Source: Candidatus Kapaibacterium sp.
GTDB taxonomy: Bacteria > Bacteroidota > Ignavibacteria > Kapaibacteriales > Kapaibacteriaceae
Direction of reading: 5' to 3'
Length of the DNA: 64,000 nucleotides
NCBI GenBank assembly: GCA_044345485.1
Contig: JBIJAX010000002.1
Coordinates: 3,501 to 67,500, forward strand
Shown: in pieces, positions 54,760 through 64,000 of the stretch
Layout of the letters: each line of letters begins with the position of its first letter
Numbering within the stretch: position 1 is the first letter of the stretch
Translations under genes and position numbers: made by a program
The notes under the pieces: model-generated
Told to the model about the DNA's origin: nothing
The model's database searches: none
What the model saw: the letters and a program-made list of their open reading frames with translations, nothing else

Positions 54760-56856
54760 CTACATCGTTAGGATCTTAAACTCAACACGACGATTACGCC
54801 GACGGCCCTCCTCCGACTCATTAGAATCAAGGGGCTTTGTGGATCCGTAGGCAATCACCTTGAGACGGTTGCTTGCAATTCCTTTGGACTCAAGGTACGT
54901 CCGCACCGACTGCACACGGCTTCTTGAAATTTCCATATTCGCAGCATTCGTGCCAACCTTATCAGAATGACCTGCCAGCTCAATGGTCATTGAGGGATTA
55001 GCCATGAGGAACTCGGCCAGACGGTTAAGTTCTGCATGTGATTCGGGACGTAGTTCTGACAAACGAAAGTCAAAGAACACGTTATTCAGGATGATGGTCT
55101 GATTCTTCTGAATCGGAGCTAGGTAGAGATCGCGGGTTATCTCACCGTAGGAATTTAGCGACCGAGTATCCAACTGGTCACTCACTGGATAAAAGCCATT
55201 GAACTCAGCGCGAAAGCCATACAGATCGCCTGCAGGCAGCACAATTGAGTATTGCCCATTCTTCGGCTCTGATCGCGCAAGTCCAACCGTTGTGCCCTTA
55301 GTAAGACTCTCATACGCAACCGACGTAGCAATTGGCTGCTTTGTTGCTGCATTCAAAACACGTCCACTTACTAACACGACAGGCAGTGGTTTTAGCCCTG
55401 GTGATAGAGGAACCCTGTACAGATCGAGGCTATTGTTTTCTGGGTTTGAGGCGCTGAGATATGCGTAATCAGCCTTTGCAGGAATTGTAAAGTAGGCATC
55501 CCAACCACTAGTATTTATCGATGGACCGACATTCACCGGCTCACTCCATGATGTCCAGGTATCATCAAGACGCCGTGTCATCCAGATATCAAAGTCGCCG
55601 TAGCCTCTCCGACCATCTGTTGCAAAGAAAACAGTTACCCCATCAGCTGCTATGAACGGAGAAACTTCATTGCCCCACGTGTTGATCGTCTTTCCGCAGT
55701 TCACGGGGACTGAAAACGACCCATCGCGCTTGCGTTTTGATACGTAAATGTCGCGCTGTCCGCGCGTGTCTTCACGCTCTACCGTCATCAGCAGTACCAT
55801 GCCACTTGGGTCAAGACTAAGCTCCGAATACGTACTGTTGTTGTAATACTGATCAATACGGATATCACGGGGCACGCTCCATCCATTCTCCGTCATGATC
55901 GCCGTTGAAATGCCCGCCCCTTTGGGAGCACCATTACTGTAGTAGGTATTACCAACAACAACTTGATTTCGGTCAGGGGTAATACTGATAAGAAAATTTG
56001 ACGAGTAGTTATTAAGGGGCGGCCCAACGTTTACGGCAGGCCCCCATGAACCATCAGGCTTGATGTCTGTGTACCAAATATCTTCAGTTGTCGGGTCTCC
56101 TACATTGCCAATGTAGGGATAGCGTCCAAAGTACAGCCGTTTACCATCAGCGGTGATCACTGGCGAGAGATCACCGCCGCTGCAGTTTACTTGAGGACCA
56201 AGATTTTCGCGCTTTACCGGAGTAGCAAACTGATCGGCAAGTGGAATGGGCGTTGTATCCTGTTTTACTGTGATATCATCAAACTCAACAACCGCCTGCG
56301 GCCCAACAACGAAACCTGCCTTGGCACCATAGATTGCCTGCTGCTCAAATCCAAACAGTGTCTGATCATTGAGCAACACACTCATTCCTGAACCACGCTT
56401 CCGCAGTGTAATCGTAAACCAGGACTGCATCGGGGGTATTCCTTCAACCGGCGTCCAGGGTTGGACATCAAGAAGGTCTCCGTTTTGTATTGAGTAGACG
56501 CGATAGTTACCGCTGGTAGATACAAGAAAGACATTCGTGTTCACCGAATTCTTCCCGCCCCACATCAATCCAAATCCTGTCGAGGCCGATCCCGTGACTT
56601 GGCGAATCTTGATATCAATATCGAAGTCTTGATCATAATTGATAAAGCACGGTGATTCAGACTGCAGATCTCCGAACGCGGCCCGCTGGTCAACCCGATA
56701 CACACCATTAACGATTGTGGCACTTCGACCCAGACCTCCGCCGGTTGTCCATGCGCTGCTGGCTACCGAAAAATCTTCTCTGCACGCAACGCCAAGGCCA
56801 TCTGCAGCTGCGATGCTGCTACACAGGATGGTAATGATGATGTAAAACGCGATCAT
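54760..56856 (-). CDS. OmpA-family protein with TolB-like (PD40) beta-propeller and N-terminal jelly-roll-like domain
   Basis: A signal peptide is present. The C-terminal OmpA/MotB domain is clear (IELAGHSDKVGTNAANMEISRSRVQSVRTYLESKGI...RRNRRVEFKIL). The central part carries PD40-like repeats (VSPFIAADGVTVFFATDGRRGYGDFDIWM). A CarboxypepD_reg-like segment also occurs (VSGRVLNAATKQPI). Confidence 0.85.
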   Translation of the reverse strand: MIAFYIIITILCSSIAAADGLGVACREDFSVASSAWTTGGGLGRSATIVNGVYRVDQRAAFGDLQSESPCFINYDQDFDIDIKIRQVTGSASTGFGLMWGGKNSVNTNVFLVSTSGNYRVYSIQNGDLLDVQPWTPVEGIPPMQSWFTITLRKRGSGMSVLLNDQTLFGFEQQAIYGAKAGFVVGPQAVVEFDDITVKQDTTPIPLADQFATPVKRENLGPQVNCSGGDLSPVITADGKRLYFGRYPYIGNVGDPTTEDIWYTDIKPDGSWGPAVNVGPPLNNYSSNFLISITPDRNQVVVGNTYYSNGAPKGAGISTAIMTENGWSVPRDIRIDQYYNNSTYSELSLDPSGMVLLMTVEREDTRGQRDIYVSKRKRDGSFSVPVNCGKTINTWGNEVSPFIAADGVTVFFATDGRRGYGDFDIWMTRRLDDTWTSWSEPVNVGPSINTSGWDAYFTIPAKADYAYLSASNPENNSLDLYRVPLSPGLKPLPVVLVSGRVLNAATKQPIATSVAYESLTKGTTVGLARSEPKNGQYSIVLPAGDLYGFRAEFNGFYPVSDQLDTRSLNSYGEITRDLYLAPIQKNQTIILNNVFFDFRLSELRPESHAELNRLAEFLMANPSMTIELAGHSDKVGTNAANMEISRSRVQSVRTYLESKGIASNRLKVIAYGSTKPLDSNESEEGRRRNRRVEFKILTM

Positions 56857-58748
56857 TCTTCGAGATAGGTGTAACCGTAGAGGCCTGAACGATATATCGC
56901 GAGAAACTCTTTCCCTTCGTGGACCGAGATTTTCTTGTCCTTCACAGACGAGCTCACCCAGGCTTCCATTGTTCGAACCAACTTTTTTGCGTTGAATTGA
57001 ACATAGTCCAGCACATCAGCAACAGTTTCGCCGTCAATGACCTGAGCTATTTCGTACCCCTTTTCGCCCACAGTAACATGCACGGCGTTGGTGTCGCCAA
57101 AGAGATTGTGAAGATCACCAAGTATCTCTTGGTAGGCACCAACTAGAAACACGGCCAGGTAGTATGGCTCCCCTTGCACCAGCTGATGCACCGGAAGTAG
57201 AGACGTATAATCTCGTTGTCCAATAAAGTGGTCAACCTTGCCATCTGAGTCGCACGTTATGTCCTGAAGGGTGGCCATTCGTGTCGGACGTTCGTTCAGT
57301 CGATGAACAGGCATGATCGGAAACAACTGGTCAATTGCCCATGAGTCTGGCAGCGACTGGAACAGTGAGAAATTACAGAAGTACTTATCTGCAAGCATCT
57401 TTGGAAGCGAGCGTAGCTCTTCGGGTACGTTCTTCAGATCCGTGCACATAGCATTGATCCTATGTGCAAGTGTCCAATACAGGCGTTCTACCTGTGCTCG
57501 CGTTCTCAGATCAATGAGACCTAGGGAAAACCTATCAAGTGTTTCTTCCCGCAGCTGCTGGCAATCGTGCCATGCTTCTAGCATCGTACGGCTGTTGAGC
57601 GACTGAAGAATTCTGTGGAGCTCTTGAACAAGTTCATGATCCTTTTTCGAGACACGGTCTCTGCTGGACCATACTGGAGCAGAGGTTGTCTCTAGAACGT
57701 TAAACACCAGGACTGAATGGTGTGCTGTTAAGGCTCTACCTGACTCGGTGATGATATGCGGATGTGGAAGTTCATTCTTGTTGCATGCTTCGGCCAACGT
57801 TGATATTGCATCGTTGGCATATTCCTGAATGGAATAATTGATACTCGAGGCAACGCTGCTGCGGGTTCCGTCATAGTCTACACCAAGACCGCCCCCTACA
57901 TCGACAAAATCTATCGAACATCCCATTCGCATAAGCTGCACATAGAACTGTGAAACCTCTCCAAGTCCCTGCTTAATCTTTCGAATGTTCGTGATCTGCG
58001 AGCCCAGATGGAAGTGGATCAGCTTGATGCAGTCTAGCATGTCGTTTTCGCGTGCATACTCTACCGCTTCGAGAAGCTCAGATGCATTTAGGCCAAACTT
58101 GGATTGATCCCCACCCGACTCTTCCCACTTTCCGCTGCCGCTCGAGGCCAGCTTGATACGTATGCCGATATTCGGACGAACCTTGACGCGCGTAGCGACT
58201 TCGTTGATGAGCCGGAGTTCGTTGAGCTTTTCAACAACGAGGAAGATTCGCTTGCCCATTTTCTGAGCCAATAGACCGAGCTCGATAAATTCCTCGTCCT
58301 TGTAACCGTTGCAAACGATCAATGCCTCTTCGTTATCCATGATTGCAAGCACGGCATGTAGTTCAGGTTTCGATCCGGCTTCAAGACCGATGTTAAACTT
58401 CTTGCCATGGCGCACAAGTTCTTCGACAACTGGTCGTTGTTGATTCACCTTGATCGGGTAGACCGAGTAATACGTTCCGTTGTATCCGTATTCAGTTGCA
58501 GCCTTGCTAAAGCAGCCAGAGATCTTCTCAATACGGTCATCAAGGATGTCTGGAAATCGAAGCAGCACGGGAACACTAACATCGCGAAGCTGTAATTCAT
58601 CGACAAGTTCCTTAAGGTCTACGCTGGCCGCTTTACCCTTGCGGGGATGAGCCGTCATGTGACCTTTGCTGTTTATCCCAAAGTAACCTATGCCCCATCC
58701 GGGGACATTGTACAATTCGGAACTGTCTTCAACTCGCCATTTGCGCAT
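56853..58748 (-). CDS. speA: biosynthetic arginine decarboxylase
   Basis: The SpeA-type N-terminus is present (WRVEDSSELYNVPGWGIGYFGINSKGH), along with the PLP fold-III region (YSVYPIKVNQQRPVVEEL) and the segment VDVGGGLGVDYDG. I moved the start to ATG 58748 (MRKWRVED). Confidence 0.92.
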   Translation of the reverse strand: MRKWRVEDSSELYNVPGWGIGYFGINSKGHMTAHPRKGKAASVDLKELVDELQLRDVSVPVLLRFPDILDDRIEKISGCFSKAATEYGYNGTYYSVYPIKVNQQRPVVEELVRHGKKFNIGLEAGSKPELHAVLAIMDNEEALIVCNGYKDEEFIELGLLAQKMGKRIFLVVEKLNELRLINEVATRVKVRPNIGIRIKLASSGSGKWEESGGDQSKFGLNASELLEAVEYARENDMLDCIKLIHFHLGSQITNIRKIKQGLGEVSQFYVQLMRMGCSIDFVDVGGGLGVDYDGTRSSVASSINYSIQEYANDAISTLAEACNKNELPHPHIITESGRALTAHHSVLVFNVLETTSAPVWSSRDRVSKKDHELVQELHRILQSLNSRTMLEAWHDCQQLREETLDRFSLGLIDLRTRAQVERLYWTLAHRINAMCTDLKNVPEELRSLPKMLADKYFCNFSLFQSLPDSWAIDQLFPIMPVHRLNERPTRMATLQDITCDSDGKVDHFIGQRDYTSLLPVHQLVQGEPYYLAVFLVGAYQEILGDLHNLFGDTNAVHVTVGEKGYEIAQVIDGETVADVLDYVQFNAKKLVRTMEAWVSSSVKDKKISVHEGKEFLAIYRSGLYGYTYLEE

Positions 58749-58812
58749 GGTGACCTGTGAATTAGCAATGAGAAATCGGATCGCAAAACTACACACATAT
58801 ATATTTGTGCAG

Positions 58813-59280
58813 ATGTCTACCGAACTCAATATCGAAAAGCTCAAGCTTCAGTTCGCAGAATACCTGAAGCGCAAGAAGTACCGTAACACCCAGGAACGCT
58901 ACAATGTTCTGGACAGGATAGGTGAATTGGATCGTCATTTTAATGCCGACGAGCTCTATCTCTACATGAATGGAAGGGGCGACCGGATCTCCCGCGCTAC
59001 GATCTATTCCACACTAGACCTTCTGACGCAGTGCGGCATCCTCATGAAGCACAGGTTTCAGGGTGATAGTGCCCATTTTGAGCTCTCGAGCCGTATGCCG
59101 GACCATGATCACCTAATTTGTATGGAGTGTGGCAGGATTGAGGAGTTTCGGGAAGAAGGGATCGATGCCATTCGAGACCGGGTCTGCGAGCGCCTTGGAT
59201 TTCGCCCAGTGACTCATTCTCTTCAAATTTTCGCAGTTTGTCACGATCCGATAACGTGCGAGCACAATAAACAAGACTAA
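58813..59280 (+). CDS. fur: Fur-family metalloregulator (Fur/Zur/PerR type not resolved)
   Basis: A winged-helix N-terminus is present (RNTQERYNVLDRIGELDRHFNADELY, ISRATIYSTLDLL). The metal-site region is HDHLICMECGRIEEF, and a second Cys pair follows (CHDPITCEH). I moved the start to ATG 58813 (MSTELNIE). Confidence 0.85.
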   Translation: MSTELNIEKLKLQFAEYLKRKKYRNTQERYNVLDRIGELDRHFNADELYLYMNGRGDRISRATIYSTLDLLTQCGILMKHRFQGDSAHFELSSRMPDHDHLICMECGRIEEFREEGIDAIRDRVCERLGFRPVTHSLQIFAVCHDPITCEHNKQD

Positions 59281-59295
59281 ACCCTGTAGGAACGC

Positions 59296-61707
59296 ATGAA
59301 GAATCTCGTCATCGTGGAGTCACCATCAAAAGCAAAGACCATCCAGAAGTATCTGGGCGGAGACTTTGAGGTGACGTCGTGTATGGGCCACATTCGCGAC
59401 CTTGCCGGCAACGACAAGGCAATCGACATCGCGAATAACTTTCAGCCTAACTACGAGGTCAGTGAGGAAAAGAAGAAACTGGTAAGCGAACTCAAAAAAC
59501 GTGCAAAACAGGCAGATGTAGTCTGGCTCGCATCCGACGAAGACCGCGAAGGCGAAGCAATTGCGTGGCACCTCGTAGAGGCGTTGGACCTTCCAGAATC
59601 AAAGACGAAGCGTATCGTCTTCCACGAAATCACAAAACCTGCAATTGTAAAGGCTGTCCAGAACCCGCGCGGTATCGATAAGAACCTCGTGGACGCGCAA
59701 CAGGCACGGCGCGTTTTGGACCGCCTCGTTGGCTATGGACTTTCGCCAGTCTTGTGGAGAAAGATTCAACGGAATCTCTCTGCTGGCCGTGTTCAGTCCG
59801 TTGCCGTAAGGCTCGTCGTTGAGCGAGAGCGCGAGATTCAAGGCTTTATGGCATCGAGCCAGTTCAAGATCGTCGCAACATTCATTGTTGACGGTAAGAC
59901 CGTCACGGCAGAGCATCCAAAGAGATTCAAAACCGAGGAAGAAGCTCATGCATTCTTAACCTCGTGCATCGGCGCCACGTACAGCATTGCGAATCTGGAG
60001 ACCAAGCCAGGAACAAAGCGGGCCTCTCCCCCATTTACAACGTCTACGCTGCAGCAGGAAGCCAGCAGAAAGCTAGGCTATACGCTTGTGCGTACAATGC
60101 GCTTAGCGCAAGATCTGTATGAGCAGGGGTTGATCACCTATATGCGAACGGATTCCCAGAATCTGTCGGAGCTGGCCATTGATGCCGCAAGGCAGGAGAT
60201 TGTGCAGTCGTTTGGCCCAGAATACAGCAGTCCACGTAACTACACCACCAAGGTTGCTTCGGCACAGGAAGCGCACGAGGCTATACGGCCTACAGATTTC
60301 TCACGTCGCAAGGCCGGAGAGAGCGACGCACACGCGAAACTCTATGACTTGATCTACAAGCGCACGATGGCATCCCAGATGTCGGATGCAAAGCTTGAAA
60401 AAACTGTCGCCACGATCTCTATCTCTACTCTGCCTGATACGCTAATCGCAACGGGCGAGGTTGTCTTGTTCGACGGTTTTCTCAAGGTCTACAGCGAGTC
60501 GCGGGGCGATGACGAAGCAGATGATGATGAGACGTCAAAGATGCTTCCACCGCTGCGTATTGGTCAGCCCCTTGACCTTGAAATACTCTCTGCGAAAGAG
60601 CGGTACGAGCGTCCACCTGCCCGATACACCGAAGCATCACTTGTAAAGTCGCTCGAGGAACTCGGTATTGGGCGTCCGTCTACCTATGCGCCAACCATCC
60701 AGAACATCCAGGCGCGGAACTACGTAGATAAGCCCGAACGAGAAGGGCGCAAACGCGAGATCCGTGAGCTTGTTCTAAGACACGATGCGATCACGCGTAC
60801 GGTGCACCAGGAAACCACAGGAGCAGAAAAGAATAAGCTTGCGCCGACAGATATCGGCATGATCGTGACAGATTTTCTCCTGAAGCACTTCGACGATATC
60901 ATGGACTACAACTTCACGGCCAATGTGGAGAAGCAGTTTGATGAGATTGCGCAAGGGATGGTTCGCTGGACCGACATGATCCGCGGGTTCTATGGTCCGT
61001 TTGAAGAAGAGCTTCGAAAAACTAGTGAAACTGCAGAACGTCAGAGTGGCGAGCGGCTCCTTGGTGTTGATCCTGCCTCTGGGAAGAACGTGTATGTGCG
61101 CCTAGCGCGATACGGTCCGATAGCACAGATTGGAGAAGCCGATGATGAACAAAAGCGCCAGAAGGGTCTTTCCGGTACACTCAAAATCGAGACCATTACC
61201 CTTGAAGAGGCGCTTGAACTGTTCAAATTCCCGCGCACAATAGGCTTGTTTGAGGAACATCCGATGGATGTCAAACTTGGACGCTTCGGACCATACATCG
61301 AGCATAACAAGGCGTTCTATTCCCTTCCCAAGGAAGATGACCCTTACACTATCGATGGCCCGCGTGGTGTCGAGGTGATCGTGGCTCGTAGGCAGAAGAT
61401 CGAAGAAAACACGATTAAGACCTTCCCTGAAGATGACAACGTAAAGATTCTCAAGGGGCGCTGGGGTCCATTCATCAAGGTTGGCAAGCAAAATGTTCGC
61501 ATCCCCAAGGATACGGATGCCGCGGCCCTTACGCTTGATGAGTGTCTTCAGCTAGCACTGCAGCAGGCACCGCAGAAGCCAGCAAAGGCAGCTGCGAAGA
61601 AATCTACTGCCGCAAAAACTGCTGCAAAAAAACCTGCTGCAAAGAAGACAGCCGCAAAAAAAACGGCCGTCAAAAAGACGGCCGCAAAGAAATCAACAAA
61701 GAAGTAG
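59296..61707 (+). CDS. topA: DNA topoisomerase I (type IA) with Lys/Ala-rich C-terminal tail
   Basis: The TOPRIM N-terminus is present (MKNLVIVESPSKAKTIQKYLG, LASDEDREGEAIAWH). The active-site region is LITYMRTDS. The C-terminal repeats lack cysteines (GRFGPYI, GRWGPFIK). The gene ends in a tail reading AAKKSTAAKTAAKKPAAKKTAAKKTAVKKTAAKKSTKK. Confidence 0.95.
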   Translation: MKNLVIVESPSKAKTIQKYLGGDFEVTSCMGHIRDLAGNDKAIDIANNFQPNYEVSEEKKKLVSELKKRAKQADVVWLASDEDREGEAIAWHLVEALDLPESKTKRIVFHEITKPAIVKAVQNPRGIDKNLVDAQQARRVLDRLVGYGLSPVLWRKIQRNLSAGRVQSVAVRLVVEREREIQGFMASSQFKIVATFIVDGKTVTAEHPKRFKTEEEAHAFLTSCIGATYSIANLETKPGTKRASPPFTTSTLQQEASRKLGYTLVRTMRLAQDLYEQGLITYMRTDSQNLSELAIDAARQEIVQSFGPEYSSPRNYTTKVASAQEAHEAIRPTDFSRRKAGESDAHAKLYDLIYKRTMASQMSDAKLEKTVATISISTLPDTLIATGEVVLFDGFLKVYSESRGDDEADDDETSKMLPPLRIGQPLDLEILSAKERYERPPARYTEASLVKSLEELGIGRPSTYAPTIQNIQARNYVDKPEREGRKREIRELVLRHDAITRTVHQETTGAEKNKLAPTDIGMIVTDFLLKHFDDIMDYNFTANVEKQFDEIAQGMVRWTDMIRGFYGPFEEELRKTSETAERQSGERLLGVDPASGKNVYVRLARYGPIAQIGEADDEQKRQKGLSGTLKIETITLEEALELFKFPRTIGLFEEHPMDVKLGRFGPYIEHNKAFYSLPKEDDPYTIDGPRGVEVIVARRQKIEENTIKTFPEDDNVKILKGRWGPFIKVGKQNVRIPKDTDAAALTLDECLQLALQQAPQKPAKAAAKKSTAAKTAAKKPAAKKTAAKKTAVKKTAAKKSTKK
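61567..61704 (+). repeat. in-frame low-complexity repeat encoding the (T/P)AAKK tail of TopA
   Basis: Degenerate 12-15 nt units of the form gcc-gca-aaa-aaa-acN are reiterated about 8 times. The region contains A7 and A8 homopolymer runs. Confidence 0.8.
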
Positions 61708-61711
61708 CGAA

Positions 61712-63868
61712 CTACTTTACAAAAAGCATCTCACGGTAGGATGGCAGTGGCCAGTGGTCGTGTGCCGTGAGGCGCTCAAGCACGTCTGCAGCCGAACGTA
61801 CTTGGTTCATGGCTGGAATCACATTGCTTAGCATGTGGTGAGACTTTTCATGCACGGTGTTGCCACCAAGCTCAGCGTTCTGCTTGCGCAGTTCTTGCAG
61901 TGACGTGATGAGTTGATCTGTGCACTGCGTAAGCTCCTTGCATGTCTCCAGGATGGCATTGCTGCTTATTGTAATCGATGATACCTCTCGCACGTAACGT
62001 AACACCGCTGGAAGAATCTGAGTTTGAGCAATCCACTCGGTTGTCTCTCCTTCGATGTTTACCGACTTGAAGTACTGGTCGAACATCACTTCCTGACGAG
62101 CCTCAAGTTCACGTGCACTCAAGACACCATGGACAGAAAAAAGCTCTGTGTTCTTCGGACTCACAAGAGACTCAATAGCACTTACGGATGTTGCAAGATT
62201 GAGTAGTCCGCGCTTCGCTGCTTCCTTATGCCAATCATCCGAGTAGCCGTCTCCATTAAAGATGATGCGAGCATGTTTTTTGTAAACCTCTTTGATTACA
62301 TCAGACAGCGCGGATTCGAAGGACTGCTTCTTCTTCATCTTAGCAGAGATCATCGCTGTCATGGCATCGATCGATTCTGTTGCAATAAGATTTAGCACCG
62401 TGATAGCGAAAGAAACCGATTGTGAGGATCCAACGGCACGGAATTCAAACTTGTTGCCGGTGAAGGCAAATGGCGATGTTCTGTTTCGATCGCCCGCATG
62501 CTGAGGCAACTTCGGCAGAACCTCTGTTCCAAGACCCAATAGACCGGCTTTCTTCGACGATCCTCCCTTACCGCTCACAATTCTGTCAAAGATCTCGGTC
62601 AACTGGTCACCGAGAAACATCGACATTATTGCAGGGGGCGCTTCATTGGCACCCAAACGGTGGTCATTGGATGCAGAAGCAACCGTTGTGCGCACAAGAT
62701 CCTGATGTAAGTCCAGGGCGCGAATCACTGCAGCACAGAAGAACAAGAACTGCATATTGTTTTGTGGCGTATCACCGGGCTCGAGGAGGTTTTGTCCACC
62801 ATCGGTAGACATCGACCAGTTTACATGTTTCCCAGATCCGTTAACACCTGCAAATGGTTTCTCGTGCATGAGACAGACAAGACCGTACTTGCGCGCTGTG
62901 TTTCGCAGTACCTGCATTACCAGCTGCTGATGGTCTGCTGCAATGTTTGACTGTTCAAAAATTGGAGCAACTTCAAACTGCCCAGGCGCAACTTCATTAT
63001 GACGCGTCTTGATCGGAATACCCAGCGCGTATAGTTGGTGTTCGGCATCGGTCATGTACGTCAGGATACGATCTGGAATCGATCCGAAATAATGATCTTC
63101 GAGCTCCTGCCCCTTCGGCGGCTGTGCACCAAACAGCGTGCGTCCGCACATTACAAGGTCCGGCCGGCGATAGTAAAATTCTTCATCGATCAGGAAGTAC
63201 TCCTGTTCTGCACCTACGGTTGAAACAACGCGCTGCGTTTCGCTATCACCAAAGAGCTCGAGAGCCTTCTTTGCTGCTGCATTCAATCCTTCCATACTGC
63301 GCAGAAGTGGCGTCTTGTTATCAAGTGCCTCTCCCGTCCATGAAGCAAATGCAGTAGGAATGCATAGCGTTGCACCGTTCGAGTGACGCATGATAAACGC
63401 AGGAGAAGTCGGGTCCCAGGCTGTGTATCCACGGGCTTCAAACGTTGCACGAAGCCCACCACTTGGAAATGACGATGCATCCGGTTCACCTTGGATCAAT
63501 TCCTTGCCCGAAAACTGCGAGATAGCCGTTCCATCGCTAGTTGGTGTAACAAACGATTCATGTTTCTCGGCAGTTAAACCCGTTAGCGGCTGAAACCAGT
63601 GGGTATAGTGTGTAGCGCCTCGCTCCATTGCCCACGTCTTCATGGCCATGGCCACCGTATCTGCGATTGCTCCATCAAGCGTTGCACCTTTATCGATCGT
63701 TGCAACGAGCGACTTCCATACGGGCTTGCTTAGACGCTGACGAAGTTCTTCCATCGTGAGCACATCGCTGGCAAAGACTTCGTTGACAACATCTGATGGA
63801 GACGGATACTGCAGTCCGTCAAGGCGCCAGTTCTTGGCAACCGATGAGATGTCGACACTTGTTGACAT
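61712..63868 (-). CDS. glnN: glutamine synthetase type III
   Basis: The ORF is 718 aa, which is the size of GSIII. The motifs [38 protein letters not shown] and [14 protein letters not shown] are present. Confidence 0.92.
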   Translation of the reverse strand: MSTSVDISSVAKNWRLDGLQYPSPSDVVNEVFASDVLTMEELRQRLSKPVWKSLVATIDKGATLDGAIADTVAMAMKTWAMERGATHYTHWFQPLTGLTAEKHESFVTPTSDGTAISQFSGKELIQGEPDASSFPSGGLRATFEARGYTAWDPTSPAFIMRHSNGATLCIPTAFASWTGEALDNKTPLLRSMEGLNAAAKKALELFGDSETQRVVSTVGAEQEYFLIDEEFYYRRPDLVMCGRTLFGAQPPKGQELEDHYFGSIPDRILTYMTDAEHQLYALGIPIKTRHNEVAPGQFEVAPIFEQSNIAADHQQLVMQVLRNTARKYGLVCLMHEKPFAGVNGSGKHVNWSMSTDGGQNLLEPGDTPQNNMQFLFFCAAVIRALDLHQDLVRTTVASASNDHRLGANEAPPAIMSMFLGDQLTEIFDRIVSGKGGSSKKAGLLGLGTEVLPKLPQHAGDRNRTSPFAFTGNKFEFRAVGSSQSVSFAITVLNLIATESIDAMTAMISAKMKKKQSFESALSDVIKEVYKKHARIIFNGDGYSDDWHKEAAKRGLLNLATSVSAIESLVSPKNTELFSVHGVLSARELEARQEVMFDQYFKSVNIEGETTEWIAQTQILPAVLRYVREVSSITISSNAILETCKELTQCTDQLITSLQELRKQNAELGGNTVHEKSHHMLSNVIPAMNQVRSAADVLERLTAHDHWPLPSYREMLFVK

Positions 63869-63872
63869 AGTA

Positions 63873-63878
63873 CCTCCT
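63873..63878 (-). promoter_or_regulatory. Shine-Dalgarno site (AGGAGG) for glnN
   Basis: The reverse complement of cctcct lies 4 nt upstream of ATG 63868. Confidence 0.5.
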
Positions 63879-64000
63879 GGTCATTTATAGTATTGGTATC
63901 TGAGTTTGTTCCTTATGGGTACTCAAGACAACATTGGTCTGCGTCTTCGAAACACCCTTCCACTGCTGAATTGCCGACAAGAGCTGCTCAAGTGCCGTTG

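Noticed and set aside
58749-58812. Candidate Fur box (GAATTAGCAATGAGAAATC) in the speA-fur spacer.
   Set aside because: Only a minority of positions match the 19-bp GATAATGATAATCATTATC consensus. The dyad symmetry is also poor.
63869-64000. Possible C-terminal fragment of another minus-strand gene at the right edge. One frame is open from base 64000 down to a TAA near 63886.
   Set aside because: Only about 38 codons are visible and they carry no recognisable motif. This cannot be told apart from chance in a glnN promoter region.

Overview
This is a gene-dense chromosomal segment that is almost entirely housekeeping: about 46 protein-coding genes, one tRNA, and very short spacers. Many adjacent genes overlap by 1-4 nt at the stop/start junction.

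Lineage (inference only): the window looks like an FCB-superphylum bacterium outside classical Bacteroidia, possibly Ignavibacteria-, Kapabacteria- or Chlorobi-like. The signals are two very large proteins ending in T9SS/Por-type C-terminal sorting domains, a type III glutamine synthetase, a fused E1 alpha-beta dehydrogenase, SPOR/TonB/OmpA envelope genes, and clear Shine-Dalgarno sites.

Core genes I recognise: uvrC, ugd, trhO, punA-type PNP (two copies), pta, hslO, mutS, tRNA-Ser(GCU), smpB, tyrS, aspS, GT9 plus two GT4 glycosyltransferases, split E1 alpha/beta, cytochrome c, gmk, yicC, ribD, an NFACT/RqcH-like gene, speA, fur, topA and glnN. A partial GH13-like gene that is missing from the ORF track runs off the left edge.

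I saw no rRNA, CRISPR array, transposase, integrase, phage gene or obvious defence island.

The best candidates for undescribed biology are:
- a RavA/MoxR-type AAA+ ATPase abutted to an atypical vWA protein with no visible client (2964-5846);
- a translationally coupled five-gene envelope operon, TPR / beta-barrel / SPOR / TonB_C / mini-membrane protein (7211-13612);
- a secreted protein built from 13 copies of a 26-residue GNDxY beta-solenoid-like repeat fused to HEAT repeats (46368-49148);
- two orphan E1 dehydrogenase systems flanking a cytochrome c gene.

All functional calls come from motif recognition by eye. No database search was run.
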